From the IMG/VR virus record IMGVR_UViG_3300023173_001245: a DNA stretch of 20,000 nt; one strand, written 5' to 3'. Numbering within the stretch: the stretch's first letter is position 1; each line of letters opens with the position of its first letter. The notes beneath the pieces were generated by a model that was given only the letters and a program-made list of their open reading frames with translations, searched no databases and was not told the origin of the DNA. A program made the translations under genes and the position numbers. Shown one piece after another: positions 8,614 to 16,077 of the stretch. The DNA is from an uncultured virus (IMG/VR IMGVR_UViG_3300023173_001245) (lineage: Duplodnaviria > Heunggongvirae > Uroviricota > Caudoviricetes).

Positions 8614-9786
8614 TCAGTCCTCAGTTACAATAGTTCCATGATAAACGGTTTTCTTGCCATCATATGAGACAATATTCTTTTCTTTATAATATTCTTTAAC
8701 CCAATAAATTACATAATCAATATCTTCTTGGGTCATTCCAGGATGACAAGGAAGACTGAGTAGTTTTTTCCACTCACGATCGGCAACTGGATACTCACGA
8801 TCTTGCTTCACAATATCATACTTATGAAGAGGTTTAAAGTGAACACTAGTATGAATCTTTTTATCTGCAAGATAATCAATCATATCATCACGTTCAGCAG
8901 CAGGAACACGAGCACAATAATACTGAACAGTTTCAGACCAAGCAGGAGGACGAATCAATCCCGCAAGTTCATCATTGTAGCACTTCTGAATATGACGACG
9001 CCATTCCAGGTTCTTAGGAAGTTTCTTCATCTGCTCCAAACAAATTGCTGCCTGAAGGTCAATCATGTAACACTTATATCCAAGAACATCAACTTCATAA
9101 TCCCAGGAATAACCAGGTTTGCCAGTCAGTCCATCATCCTTTTTGACACGAGAGTAAGTGCTGGTGATACCCAACCAGGTCAGTGGAACCAGTTTCTCAT
9201 AAAGGTCTTTATCATTGGTAGTAATCATACCACCATCTCCACAAGGCATTGTCTTCACTGCTTGGAATGACCACACGGCAACATCACCTTGCATACCCGC
9301 GCCAGGTGTATAGCAACTATGAGCACAGTCTTCAATAATCAGACCATCATAGAATTTACGGATTTCATCAATAGGAGCAGGAACTCCCGCCTGATTAACT
9401 GCTATGATAGCCTTTGTGTTTGGTTTCAAATGCTTGCGAACATCTTCAGGATCCAAGCACATGGTATCTTCCAGAACATCAACGATGTTGGAAGTACAGT
9501 TATTCCACAGGGGAACAACAGCAGTGGTCATGAAAGAGATTGTGGGATTGATAATATCACAATCTTTAATGCCTAGTGCCTTAAGAACAAGGTCTTGACC
9601 ACTGGTAGCACTATTCACTGCGACGGCATACTTAGCACCAACCATCTCAGCAAACTTCTTTTCGAACTCGGCAACCTTAGGTCCCTTGCCCCACCAACCA
9701 CTTTCGATTGACTCTCTAATGGCATTAACTTCTTCATCACCACCAACAGGGCGAAGAACAGGAAGTACAGTATCGCGGATTTTCAT
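8614..9786 (-). CDS. DegT/DnrJ/EryC1/StrS family PLP-dependent sugar aminotransferase
   Basis: GPKVAEFEKKFA, VNSAT, IIEDCAH, SFQAVK (PLP lysine), GDGGM and LSLPCHP. Confidence 0.93.
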   Translation of the reverse strand: MKIRDTVLPVLRPVGGDEEVNAIRESIESGWWGKGPKVAEFEKKFAEMVGAKYAVAVNSATSGQDLVLKALGIKDCDIINPTISFMTTAVVPLWNNCTSNIVDVLEDTMCLDPEDVRKHLKPNTKAIIAVNQAGVPAPIDEIRKFYDGLIIEDCAHSCYTPGAGMQGDVAVWSFQAVKTMPCGDGGMITTNDKDLYEKLVPLTWLGITSTYSRVKKDDGLTGKPGYSWDYEVDVLGYKCYMIDLQAAICLEQMKKLPKNLEWRRHIQKCYNDELAGLIRPPAWSETVQYYCARVPAAERDDMIDYLADKKIHTSVHFKPLHKYDIVKQDREYPVADREWKKLLSLPCHPGMTQEDIDYVIYWVKEYYKEKNIVSYDGKKTVYHGTIVTED

Positions 9787-9818
9787 TGTTGTAATCTAGA
9801 ATAAGTTTATGTTAGTAA

Positions 9819-10556
9819 TCAATTAACGTGGAAGTTATCAATATCAAGGATTGTTTTAGATCCCTCCCAATTGTTGCGGATCATGGTCAACCAATCATTG
9901 CGAATAATACCCAACCAAGTCAACCACTCATATTCAATTTTATTCTCAGTGACAAAATTATACAGTAGTTGTTCAGACCCAAGTGTTTGTACTGGGTTGT
10001 CTTGAATGTACTTCATCGCATAATTAGCATAATCAACCATAACAGAAGTATTCATTGAGAAAAACATATCATTATAAAGTCCTTCCTTGCAACTCTCGTG
10101 GAATTTCCCACTAATATAAGCGAAATCTGGATTTGATAGTAATGCTTGCTTTCCTAAACTGTCTGTCCTTTCAAAAACATATGGGCAGGTGTAAAAGCGC
10201 CTTGCCGTAATATAAGAAACATTCTTGTAATTATCTAGGTCAGTTTCATCAAGGGCACTTTTGAGCATGAGAAGTTCTCCCATACCCTTATTAACTGTAC
10301 CAATATTTCCAACACTCCCAGTAGCACACACTTCAGACTCAGACAGAAGTTCTCTAAGTTCTGGATTTTTGATCTGATCCAGTTCATCAATGGTATTTTC
10401 GCAGATCAAAAGATCAAAGTAATCTGGGAGAACTCTCTTGAGTTGCTTCAGACAGATTAGATACTCTTCTTCTCTAGCATCACAAGCTTCTTCTGGAAGT
10501 TGTACTGGGCGAATTGAACAGAACCCAAGTGCTAAATTTTTCATATATGGGGACAT
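9819..10556 (-). CDS. Hypothetical protein in the glycan operon
   Basis: 245-aa ORF in operon orientation; no family motif recognised with confidence. Confidence 0.7.
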   Translation of the reverse strand: MSPYMKNLALGFCSIRPVQLPEEACDAREEEYLICLKQLKRVLPDYFDLLICENTIDELDQIKNPELRELLSESEVCATGSVGNIGTVNKGMGELLMLKSALDETDLDNYKNVSYITARRFYTCPYVFERTDSLGKQALLSNPDFAYISGKFHESCKEGLYNDMFFSMNTSVMVDYANYAMKYIQDNPVQTLGSEQLLYNFVTENKIEYEWLTWLGIIRNDWLTMIRNNWEGSKTILDIDNFHVN

Positions 10557-10560
10557 TTTT

Positions 10561-11400
10561 TTAGATTATAGCAGAGTGAGTATCAGAACACAAGTAACCG
10601 AGACCTTGTTCCAGAGTAATCTGTGGTCTAAATCCAAGAGTTTTTAGTTTATCAACATTTAAGGTGAAGTTTTTTGCCTGCACTCTCCTATAAAAATCTG
10701 GTGTGGGTATTGATTTTATTTCACTCTTACTATTGGTCATATCCTTTGCCGTTAAAATTATATCTTTATATAACCTTGGACTTCCTGCACCTATATTATA
10801 GATGGAATTTATTTCACCAATATCCATTACAGTTCTAATTGCTCTCGACACATCATCAACATGCATATAATCTCTGTAGTATTCTCCACCATCATACAAA
10901 CAAATCTCTTTATCTTCTTTTAAGAGATTAACCATATGGCCAAGAACATTCTTTTTACTAGATTGAGTTTTATCATGTCCGTAAATACTCGCACTACGAA
11001 TAATTCTATATTTTACATCAAAAGTCTCACAGAAAGATATCAATAACTGCTCTGCGGTTCTTTTTGTAATTGAATAAAATCCTCTTGGATTGCACTCATC
11101 AGTTTCTTTAGAGTTCAGAATATCATTACCATAAACAAATCCAGTACCAACATAATTAAAAACAGAATTTGTACCTTTGCAATATTCTAAAACATCCATG
11201 AGAATATTTAAGTTTGTATTAATATCTACATGAAGATCTTCAAAAACATTGTAGTTAGTGGTTGTACTCAAAAAATAAACGATATTATCAGATTGTGGTT
11301 GTCTTTCTTCTCTAGGAATAACTATAGATTCTTTCCGATATATTTTTGAAAAAACACTTCCTACAAATCCAGTTCCACCATAAACAGAAATTTCACTCAT
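10561..11400 (-). CDS. NAD-dependent epimerase/dehydratase (extended SDR)
   Basis: Start at ATG 11400 (MSEISVYGGTGFVG); YSITK (YxxxK) and RDYMHVDD. Confidence 0.88.
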   Translation of the reverse strand: MSEISVYGGTGFVGSVFSKIYRKESIVIPREERQPQSDNIVYFLSTTTNYNVFEDLHVDINTNLNILMDVLEYCKGTNSVFNYVGTGFVYGNDILNSKETDECNPRGFYSITKRTAEQLLISFCETFDVKYRIIRSASIYGHDKTQSSKKNVLGHMVNLLKEDKEICLYDGGEYYRDYMHVDDVSRAIRTVMDIGEINSIYNIGAGSPRLYKDIILTAKDMTNSKSEIKSIPTPDFYRRVQAKNFTLNVDKLKTLGFRPQITLEQGLGYLCSDTHSAII

Positions 11401-11944
11401 ACTTATCACATGCAATAAATGAACTTGCTGCCAAATCTTTTTTAGATAAAATTGGTCCAACAGTTGTTTGCCAATCGATTGCTAGATCCATATCATTCCA
11501 CAGTAGAGATCTCTCATATTCTGGATAATAATAATCAGTAGTTTTATAAACAAACTCTGCAGATTCTGTCAATGTATAAAATCCATGAGCAAAACCAGGA
11601 GGAACCCACAGTTGAAGGTTGTTTCTATTGAGTTCGATACCATACCACTTTCCAAAAGTGGATGATGATTTTCTAAGGTCTACAATTACATCAAAGACAG
11701 CACCAGATACACATCGTACTAACTTACCTTGTGGATTTTCAATTTGATAGTGAAGTCCCCTTAGAACACCCTTTGAAGACTTGGAGTGATTATCTTGAAC
11801 AAACTCAACATCATATCCAACGATTTTTCTAAACTCTTTAAGGTTAAAAGACTCCATAAAGAATCCACGTTCGTCCTCAAACTTCTTGTTTGTGATAACA
11901 TAGGCATCTTTTAGATTAGTTCCAATTGCGTTCATGTTAATCAT
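11393..11944 (-). CDS. rmlC: dTDP-4-dehydrorhamnose 3,5-epimerase
   Basis: FEDERGFFMESF, FVQDNHSKS, GVLRGLHYQ, QGKLVRC and WVPPGFAHGF. Confidence 0.96.
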   Translation of the reverse strand: MINMNAIGTNLKDAYVITNKKFEDERGFFMESFNLKEFRKIVGYDVEFVQDNHSKSSKGVLRGLHYQIENPQGKLVRCVSGAVFDVIVDLRKSSSTFGKWYGIELNRNNLQLWVPPGFAHGFYTLTESAEFVYKTTDYYYPEYERSLLWNDMDLAIDWQTTVGPILSKKDLAASSFIACDKYE

Positions 11945-12432
11945 TTTTGACCGTATTTTTCTAAAAGTTCAGGTGAATATTGTTTGATATCTTTAATATT
12001 TTTTTCTTCTCTCTTTGCTCTTTCAAGTTCATATACTCTATTTCTAAGTTCTGTAGTAGAATACTGATGTCTTCTTTTATGATAGAAAATTTCAACATCG
12101 TTATCAATACAATATTGCTTTCCAGTAAAATCAATATCTTTATATTCTTCACTCAAAAATCTAATATGAAATGTTTGAGTTTTAATTAGATTGAGGAGAT
12201 CTGCTTCAGTATCGTATATCAGAATCTCATCAACATATTTACACCCCTGTACCTGAACAAACCTTTCATAAATTGATTGTGCTGGTTTGTTTTTTAAACT
12301 AGGTCTATCAATAGTGGGATCAACTTGTAGTGCAACCTTTAGATAGTCACACATTTCTTTTTCCATCTTGAGCATTGTAACATGCCCCGCATGAAAAAGA
12401 TCAAAACAACTACAATTAAAACCAATTTTCAT
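11941..12432 (-). CDS. Cytidylyltransferase, glycerol-3-phosphate cytidylyltransferase (TagD)-like
   Basis: FDLFHAGH (HxGH) and the C-terminal R...YSTTELR motif. Confidence 0.85.
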   Translation of the reverse strand: MKIGFNCSCFDLFHAGHVTMLKMEKEMCDYLKVALQVDPTIDRPSLKNKPAQSIYERFVQVQGCKYVDEILIYDTEADLLNLIKTQTFHIRFLSEEYKDIDFTGKQYCIDNDVEIFYHKRRHQYSTTELRNRVYELERAKREEKNIKDIKQYSPELLEKYGQK

Positions 12433-12452
12433 ATCAATAACACTTTTATCTA

Positions 12453-12481
12453 ATTATACAAAAAAAGCAGGGTTTATGCAA
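12453..12481 (-). promoter_or_regulatory. Sigma70-type promoter for the glycan operon
   Basis: TTGCAT-N17-TATAAT on the minus strand; the -35 lies inside the terminator hairpin. Confidence 0.7.
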
Positions 12482-12487
12482 CCCCGC
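12460..12487 (-). terminator. Rho-independent terminator after the wcaG-like RNA
   Basis: GCGGGGTT-GCATA-AACCCTGC stem-loop followed by T7. Confidence 0.8.
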
Positions 12488-12502
12488 TTTATAAGGTCTT
12501 TT

Positions 12503-12591
12503 CATGCACGCCACTTACTCTTTGTCCAGAAGCAAGAAACTGGGCGGGGTAACCCCATCCGCACCACTAATTTTTAAGAAAAATTAGAAAC
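12503..12591 (-). ncRNA. wcaG-like structured RNA motif
   Basis: Two UGGYG motifs (TGGTG, TGGCG), a GGGGTTACCCC hairpin, and CCAG/CTGG plus CTTGCT/AGTAAG pairings. It lies upstream of polysaccharide genes, as described for cyanophage wcaG RNA. Recognised from memory; not searched. Confidence 0.75.
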
Positions 12592-13165
12592 TTGTATGTT
12601 TTATAATATTAAAAGCCAATGTAATTCTTTCTCCTTTATAGGTTTGTGGTTCAACGGAATGATCCACTCGACTATTAAATAAAATCATAGTTCCATTATC
12701 ACCTTCATATTTTTTATTATGTTTAGGAAATAATGTTGGATGATTTTTATTTTGATAATAAATTACACCAGAAATTGATCCTGAATGTTGATGAGTTGGA
12801 TTTCCATTTCCCTGATAAGAAAAATTTGTCCAAACATCCCATCCATCAAAATGTCCAGGTCGATTTAAGAGTTTATAATCTCTATGATGACCTCCCCAAT
12901 GCATTGAACACACTCTAAGGGTGTATGGCAACCAGAAAGAATTAATGATTAGATATGGAGAAACAGAACACTGATAACTATTTTGCAATCTAAAGTCTGA
13001 ACCATATCCAAGATTTTCATGAGCTTTAAGAAATCCAAGTGGATGATTCTTATTTTTCTTAGACTCATTAACCCAAATTTTTATTTCTTGGTTTATTTCT
13101 TTTGGTAATTTACATATCAGAAAAGGATCAACCCATTTTAAATCAAATTTCATAAAAAATACCAT
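12584..13165 (-). CDS. Putative 2OG-Fe(II) oxygenase (TIGR02466-like)
   Basis: PTHQH (HxH), SGVIYY, ILFNSRVDHSV and RITLAFN. Confidence 0.8.
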   Translation of the reverse strand: MVFFMKFDLKWVDPFLICKLPKEINQEIKIWVNESKKNKNHPLGFLKAHENLGYGSDFRLQNSYQCSVSPYLIINSFWLPYTLRVCSMHWGGHHRDYKLLNRPGHFDGWDVWTNFSYQGNGNPTHQHSGSISGVIYYQNKNHPTLFPKHNKKYEGDNGTMILFNSRVDHSVEPQTYKGERITLAFNIIKHTSF

Positions 13166-13170
13166 ATTGT

Positions 13171-13293
13171 CTAGTTTTCGAACTAGAAAACGCAGGGGTC
13201 ATTTGACCATCCCGACCAGGGTTTTTTACATGTCTCCATCATGGGCATTTATTAGGGATGACTCCACCAGTTCTTTTAGAGACTTTCCGTGTC
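13171..13293 (-). ncRNA. manA-like structured RNA motif overlapping the end of the upstream CDS
   Basis: GACACGGAAAGTC...GAACTGGTGGAGTC...GCCCATGATGGAGACATG...CCCTGGTCGGGA... repeat-like modules, near tRNA genes and upstream of sugar-metabolism genes. Recognised from memory of the cyanophage manA RNA. Confidence 0.6.
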
Positions 13294-13542
13294 TTCATCG
13301 TCCTTGACATAGGCAGGGACGTTATCGGGATCCAACCAACAAGTGTAATCGTGATCTTCCATTGCGGTCATGAGTTGCATCTCATTATCACATAGATACA
13401 TATCGCGGTAGCGTCCAGTATAGGAATCTACCTTTTGAATTCGACAATCAGGCATTCCGTTGATTTCCAACTTCCCAACCTGCACATAACGATAAGGAAA
13501 CCGCTCCATAAGAACGGTAGGTTTTTTAACGACTTTCATCAA
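13276..13542 (-). CDS. Conserved cyanophage hypothetical protein
   Basis: 88 aa, ERFPYRY...YRDMYLCDNEMQ; overlaps the stop of the upstream gene. Confidence 0.8.
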   Translation of the reverse strand: MMKVVKKPTVLMERFPYRYVQVGKLEINGMPDCRIQKVDSYTGRYRDMYLCDNEMQLMTAMEDHDYTCWLDPDNVPAYVKDDEDTESL

Positions 13543-13754
13543 GCAACCTCAATGGTTTCAAGATCTGAAGCAATGTAATCCATGAGCATTTCATAATCAT
13601 CAAGGGGATCACCAGAGAACACCACTCCATTATTTTCATAAAAGCGGCGCACCTTTTTATAAAGTTTCGGACTCTTTACATCAAGGTAGATATCCCCGTT
13701 AGCAGCAGAACGAAGAGTGCTAACATCTTTCTTGAACTTTTCGATCAGAGACAT
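13539..13754 (-). CDS. Conserved cyanophage hypothetical protein
   Basis: 71 aa, YLDVKSPKLYKKVRRFY...FSGDPLDDY; directly downstream of a strong promoter. Confidence 0.8.
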   Translation of the reverse strand: MSLIEKFKKDVSTLRSAANGDIYLDVKSPKLYKKVRRFYENNGVVFSGDPLDDYEMLMDYIASDLETIEVA

Positions 13755-13777
13755 TGTCGTAATTTGATTACCCGAAT

Positions 13778-13806
13778 ATTATAAGGTTTGAATGGTATTT
13801 AGTCAA
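13778..13806 (-). promoter_or_regulatory. Sigma70-type promoter with an embedded late-like CTAAATA
   Basis: TTGACT-N17-TATAAT. Confidence 0.8.
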
Positions 13807-13830
13807 TGGTGCCAGCAGAAAAACTGGCAA

Positions 13831-13904
13831 TCGGAGTGATAGGATTCGAACCTACGGCATCCGCCTCCCAAAGACGGCGCTCTACCAAGCTGAGCTACAC
13901 TCCG
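13831..13904 (-). tRNA. tRNA-Pro(UGG)
   Basis: Cloverleaf; anticodon arm CCGTC-TT-TGG-GA-GGCGG; GTTCGAATC T-loop. Confidence 0.97.
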
Positions 13905-13908
13905 TTGT

Positions 13909-13981
13909 GATAGGTTCCTATCGCCGCCAGTCCTGAACCTATCTAAGGGAACTGCCGCAGTTGAGTGGTTTTCCTCTCAAC
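13909..13981 (-). ncRNA. Unnamed structured RNA in the tRNA-Pro leader
   Basis: GTTGAG/CTCAAC hairpin, 9-bp GATAGGTTC/GAACCTATC stem, possible CAGTTC/GGACTG pseudoknot; starts at the predicted TSS. Confidence 0.55.
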
Positions 13982-13988
13982 AGAAATA

Positions 13989-14017
13989 ATTATACTACTT
14001 TTTGTGGTGCTTGTCAA
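13989..14017 (-). promoter_or_regulatory. Consensus sigma70 promoter
   Basis: TTGACA-N17-TATAAT. Confidence 0.9.
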
Positions 14018-14147
14018 ATGGTGCCCAGTGCTGCCAGTTGTATTTGTGTATAAGATAGATACCCATAATAGGCACAACCACTAAAAGGTAACAAAGAAAT
14101 CCTAATGTAACTGGTGTCTCTAGTGTCCAGCGTGCTATATGTCCCAT
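13995..14147 (-). CDS. 50-aa single-TM membrane protein (MGHIARWTLE...QHWAPFDKHHKK)
   Basis: ATG 14147 forms a TAATG overlap with the upstream microprotein; hydrophobic core present. Confidence 0.75.
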   Translation of the reverse strand: MGHIARWTLETPVTLGFLCYLLVVVPIMGIYLIHKYNWQHWAPFDKHHKK

Positions 14148-14230
14148 TACCAGTCCGTTAAAATAGAAACTACAAATAAAAATACGCCAAACATACACAT
14201 AAAAAACAGAATGCCTAGTTGTACTGCCAT
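14147..14230 (-). CDS. 27-aa hydrophobic microprotein (MAVQLGILFFMCMFGVFLFVVSILTDW)
   Basis: GGAGA SD-like sequence before the ATG; overlaps the upstream gene and is coupled to the downstream gene by TAATG. Confidence 0.55.
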   Translation of the reverse strand: MAVQLGILFFMCMFGVFLFVVSILTDW

Positions 14231-14373
14231 GTCTCCCAGGGGTCTGAATTATGAACACACGAATTAGGATGCGCCCATTCCTCTTTCTTCTCCATTGATA
14301 ACTGATGTCTCAGTCTTCTGATCTCTTCCTTTAACCAGCGATTCTCGTTTTCTAGTTCTGTGATTCTGTCCAT
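14215..14373 (-). CDS. 52-aa coiled-coil hypothetical protein (MDRITELENENRWLKEEIRRL...)
   Basis: Translated by hand; fills the gap and overlaps both neighbours. Confidence 0.65.
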   Translation of the reverse strand: MDRITELENENRWLKEEIRRLRHQLSMEKKEEWAHPNSCVHNSDPWETWQYN

Positions 14374-14546
14374 AACTCTCTAAAGTATCTGTCTACATGA
14401 TTCAAACAATCGAGTGGTGTTTGTTCTTCCGTATGTGCCCAATCATAACAAAAGTCAATCATATCTAAAGTAACATGACCAACCCCATATATTCTAGAAA
14501 AAGATGATGCTGCAAAATGAAAGCGCATTCTAGTGTGCGGTTCCAT
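14352..14546 (-). CDS. Hypothetical protein (start at 14546 or 14528)
   Basis: The ORF-track start at 14570 overlaps ndhP heavily; internal ATGs give a compact operon layout. Confidence 0.65.
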   Translation of the reverse strand: MEPHTRMRFHFAASSFSRIYGVGHVTLDMIDFCYDWAHTEEQTPLDCLNHVDRYFRELWTESQN

Positions 14547-14661
14547 TGCCCTTATAGTGTTCGGATTCATAGTAGTGTCCCTTCTTAGAACCGAAGTAAA
14601 TTGTAGTGATTACAAAGGGTATTGCCACTATAATGAGTGCTTTTCCTAACAGATGTTCCAT
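14530..14661 (-). CDS. ndhP: NDH-1 (photosynthetic complex I) subunit NdhP homologue, 43 aa
   Basis: MEHLLGKALIIVAIPFVITTIYFGSKKGHYYESEHYKGNGTAH: one TM helix plus a C-terminus matching the cyanobacterial NdhP pattern FG..NG(F/Y)Y(D/E)(T/S)..Y.GNG(S/T)AH. TAATG overlap with the gnd stop. Confidence 0.85.
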   Translation of the reverse strand: MEHLLGKALIIVAIPFVITTIYFGSKKGHYYESEHYKGNGTAH

Positions 14662-15725
14662 TACCTTACGTCATGCCCTCCAAACATTGCTCTCATACCA
14701 TTTAAGACTTTGTTTGCGAATGTTCCGAGTCTTCTAGATTCGAATCTGGAGTATAAAGCAGAAGAAATAACAGGGGCTGGAACACCGAGATCCACAGCAG
14801 CGTGGACAGTCCAACGACCCTCACCACTATCGCTAACTCCCCCATCGAACTTGCTAAGCTCTCTATCGCGCCGTAGAACATCAGCGGTAAGATCAAGTAA
14901 CCAAGACCCAACCACAGAACCACGACGCCATAGCTCAGCCACTTCAGCAACATTAATGTCGTAGCAATAATCGGCGGGGTTGTCCATTGGCGCAACTTCT
15001 GCGTCTCCTGCTTTGACATACTTGGCACCTGCGTTTGCTTCGTGGAGAATATTAAATCCTTCGGCATATGCTTGCATGATGCCATATTCGATTCCATTAT
15101 GAACCATCTTTACAAAGTGACCTGCTCCTGGACCGCCACAATGTAACCATCCAGTCTCTGCTTGACTCACCCATTCATCAGGTTGTGTACGTTCGGCGGC
15201 AGCAAGTCCTGGGGCGAGTGCGTTAAAAATGGGCGCACAAGCGGCGACCGCAGTATTTCCGCCACCAACCATAAGACAGTATCCACGCTCCAAACCATAA
15301 ACACCACCACTAGTACCACAATCAATATATTGGATGCCAAGTTTTGCAAGACGTTCTGCTCTTTTCCGACTGTCCTTAAAATTGCTATTGCCATGATCAA
15401 TAATAATATCGCCTTCACGACAATATCGTAGTAACTCATTGATAGTCTCCTCTACTGTTTCTGCTGGAACAACCATCATAAAAACCGCTGGTTTATTTTG
15501 AACTACAGTTTCTCCACTTTTCTCACCATAAAGAACTTTTGTAGATCTGATTATTTGACTAAGGCTTTCCAGAGAAGTGGTACATCCACTGATATAACCC
15601 TTCTCATATTGTTCGCAAGCTTTTTCATAGTTGTTCCTATAACCCCACACTTCATGTCCAACTTTGATGAGGCGACGAGACATACCCTCACCCATCCGTC
15701 CTAGTCCGATGATTCCTACTTTCAT
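14661..15725 (-). CDS. gnd: 6-phosphogluconate dehydrogenase, short (YqeC-type) form; cyanophage auxiliary metabolic gene
   Basis: GLGRMG, MMVVPA, IDHGNS, DCGTSGG, GAGHFVKMVHNGIEYG, DSGEGRW and MRAMFGGH. Confidence 0.97.
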   Translation of the reverse strand: MKVGIIGLGRMGEGMSRRLIKVGHEVWGYRNNYEKACEQYEKGYISGCTTSLESLSQIIRSTKVLYGEKSGETVVQNKPAVFMMVVPAETVEETINELLRYCREGDIIIDHGNSNFKDSRKRAERLAKLGIQYIDCGTSGGVYGLERGYCLMVGGGNTAVAACAPIFNALAPGLAAAERTQPDEWVSQAETGWLHCGGPGAGHFVKMVHNGIEYGIMQAYAEGFNILHEANAGAKYVKAGDAEVAPMDNPADYCYDINVAEVAELWRRGSVVGSWLLDLTADVLRRDRELSKFDGGVSDSGEGRWTVHAAVDLGVPAPVISSALYSRFESRRLGTFANKVLNGMRAMFGGHDVR

Positions 15726-15901
15726 TTGTCCTTTAACATCTCCTCTATTCTTTTACGCATGTTAGTACTGTCTTGCTTCATGTAATCTCTAAGAGAATAA
15801 CCACGATGCCCCCTCATAATCATAGTTCCCTGATAGAACATTGTAGCAGCAAAAACTAACAATAGGAAGACTCCTATTAGTTCAGGGTAATGGTCAACCA
15901 T
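15722..15901 (-). CDS. 59-aa single-TM hypothetical protein (MVDHYPELIGVFLLLVFAATMFYQG...)
   Basis: Translated by hand; its stop forms an ATGA overlap with the gnd start. Confidence 0.75.
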   Translation of the reverse strand: MVDHYPELIGVFLLLVFAATMFYQGTMIMRGHRGYSLRDYMKQDSTNMRKRIEEMLKDK

Positions 15902-16077
15902 GGAAACATGGGAGGAATAACACCAATCAGTCTTAGAAGTCCCTCAGCAAATAAAGCAAGAACCACCCAACCGACGCACATACTAATGATAGAAGCATTA
16001 CGGTTGTGTCGTCGTATTGCTGCATCGATCATCTCCTGTACTTCTTCACGAGTAACTAACTCATCTTGTGGTTCCAT
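15877..16077 (-). CDS. Small membrane protein, cyanobacterial/cyanophage hypothetical
   Basis: ATG 16077 in a TGATG overlap; TM segment after HNRNASIIS. Confidence 0.8.
   Translation of the reverse strand: MEPQDELVTREEVQEMIDAAIRRHNRNASIISMCVGWVVLALFAEGLLRLIGVIPPMFPWLTITLN

Noticed and set aside
1..12432. Bacterial chromosomal O-antigen locus
   Set aside because: It is contiguous with T4 late promoters, cyanophage-type hypotheticals, phage ncRNA motifs and a phage lysozyme; no wzx/wzy/ABC exporter is present.
12503..13293. CRISPR-like repeat array
   Set aside because: The modules are degenerate structural repeats with no identical repeats, regular spacers or cas genes.
13909..13960. HDV-like (theta) ribozyme next to a tRNA
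   Set aside because: No P3/L3/P1.1 element can be drawn, and it lies 5' of the tRNA, whereas theta ribozymes sit in the 3' trailer.
13995..14230. Assignment of the 27-aa and 50-aa peptides to PetN/PetL/NdhQ
   Set aside because: Only generic hydrophobicity is shared; no signature residues match.
13995..14258. 87-aa ORF as called by the track
   Set aside because: It needs a GTG start inside other ORFs; the region is better tiled by 14215..14373, 14147..14230 and 13995..14147 with coupled junctions.
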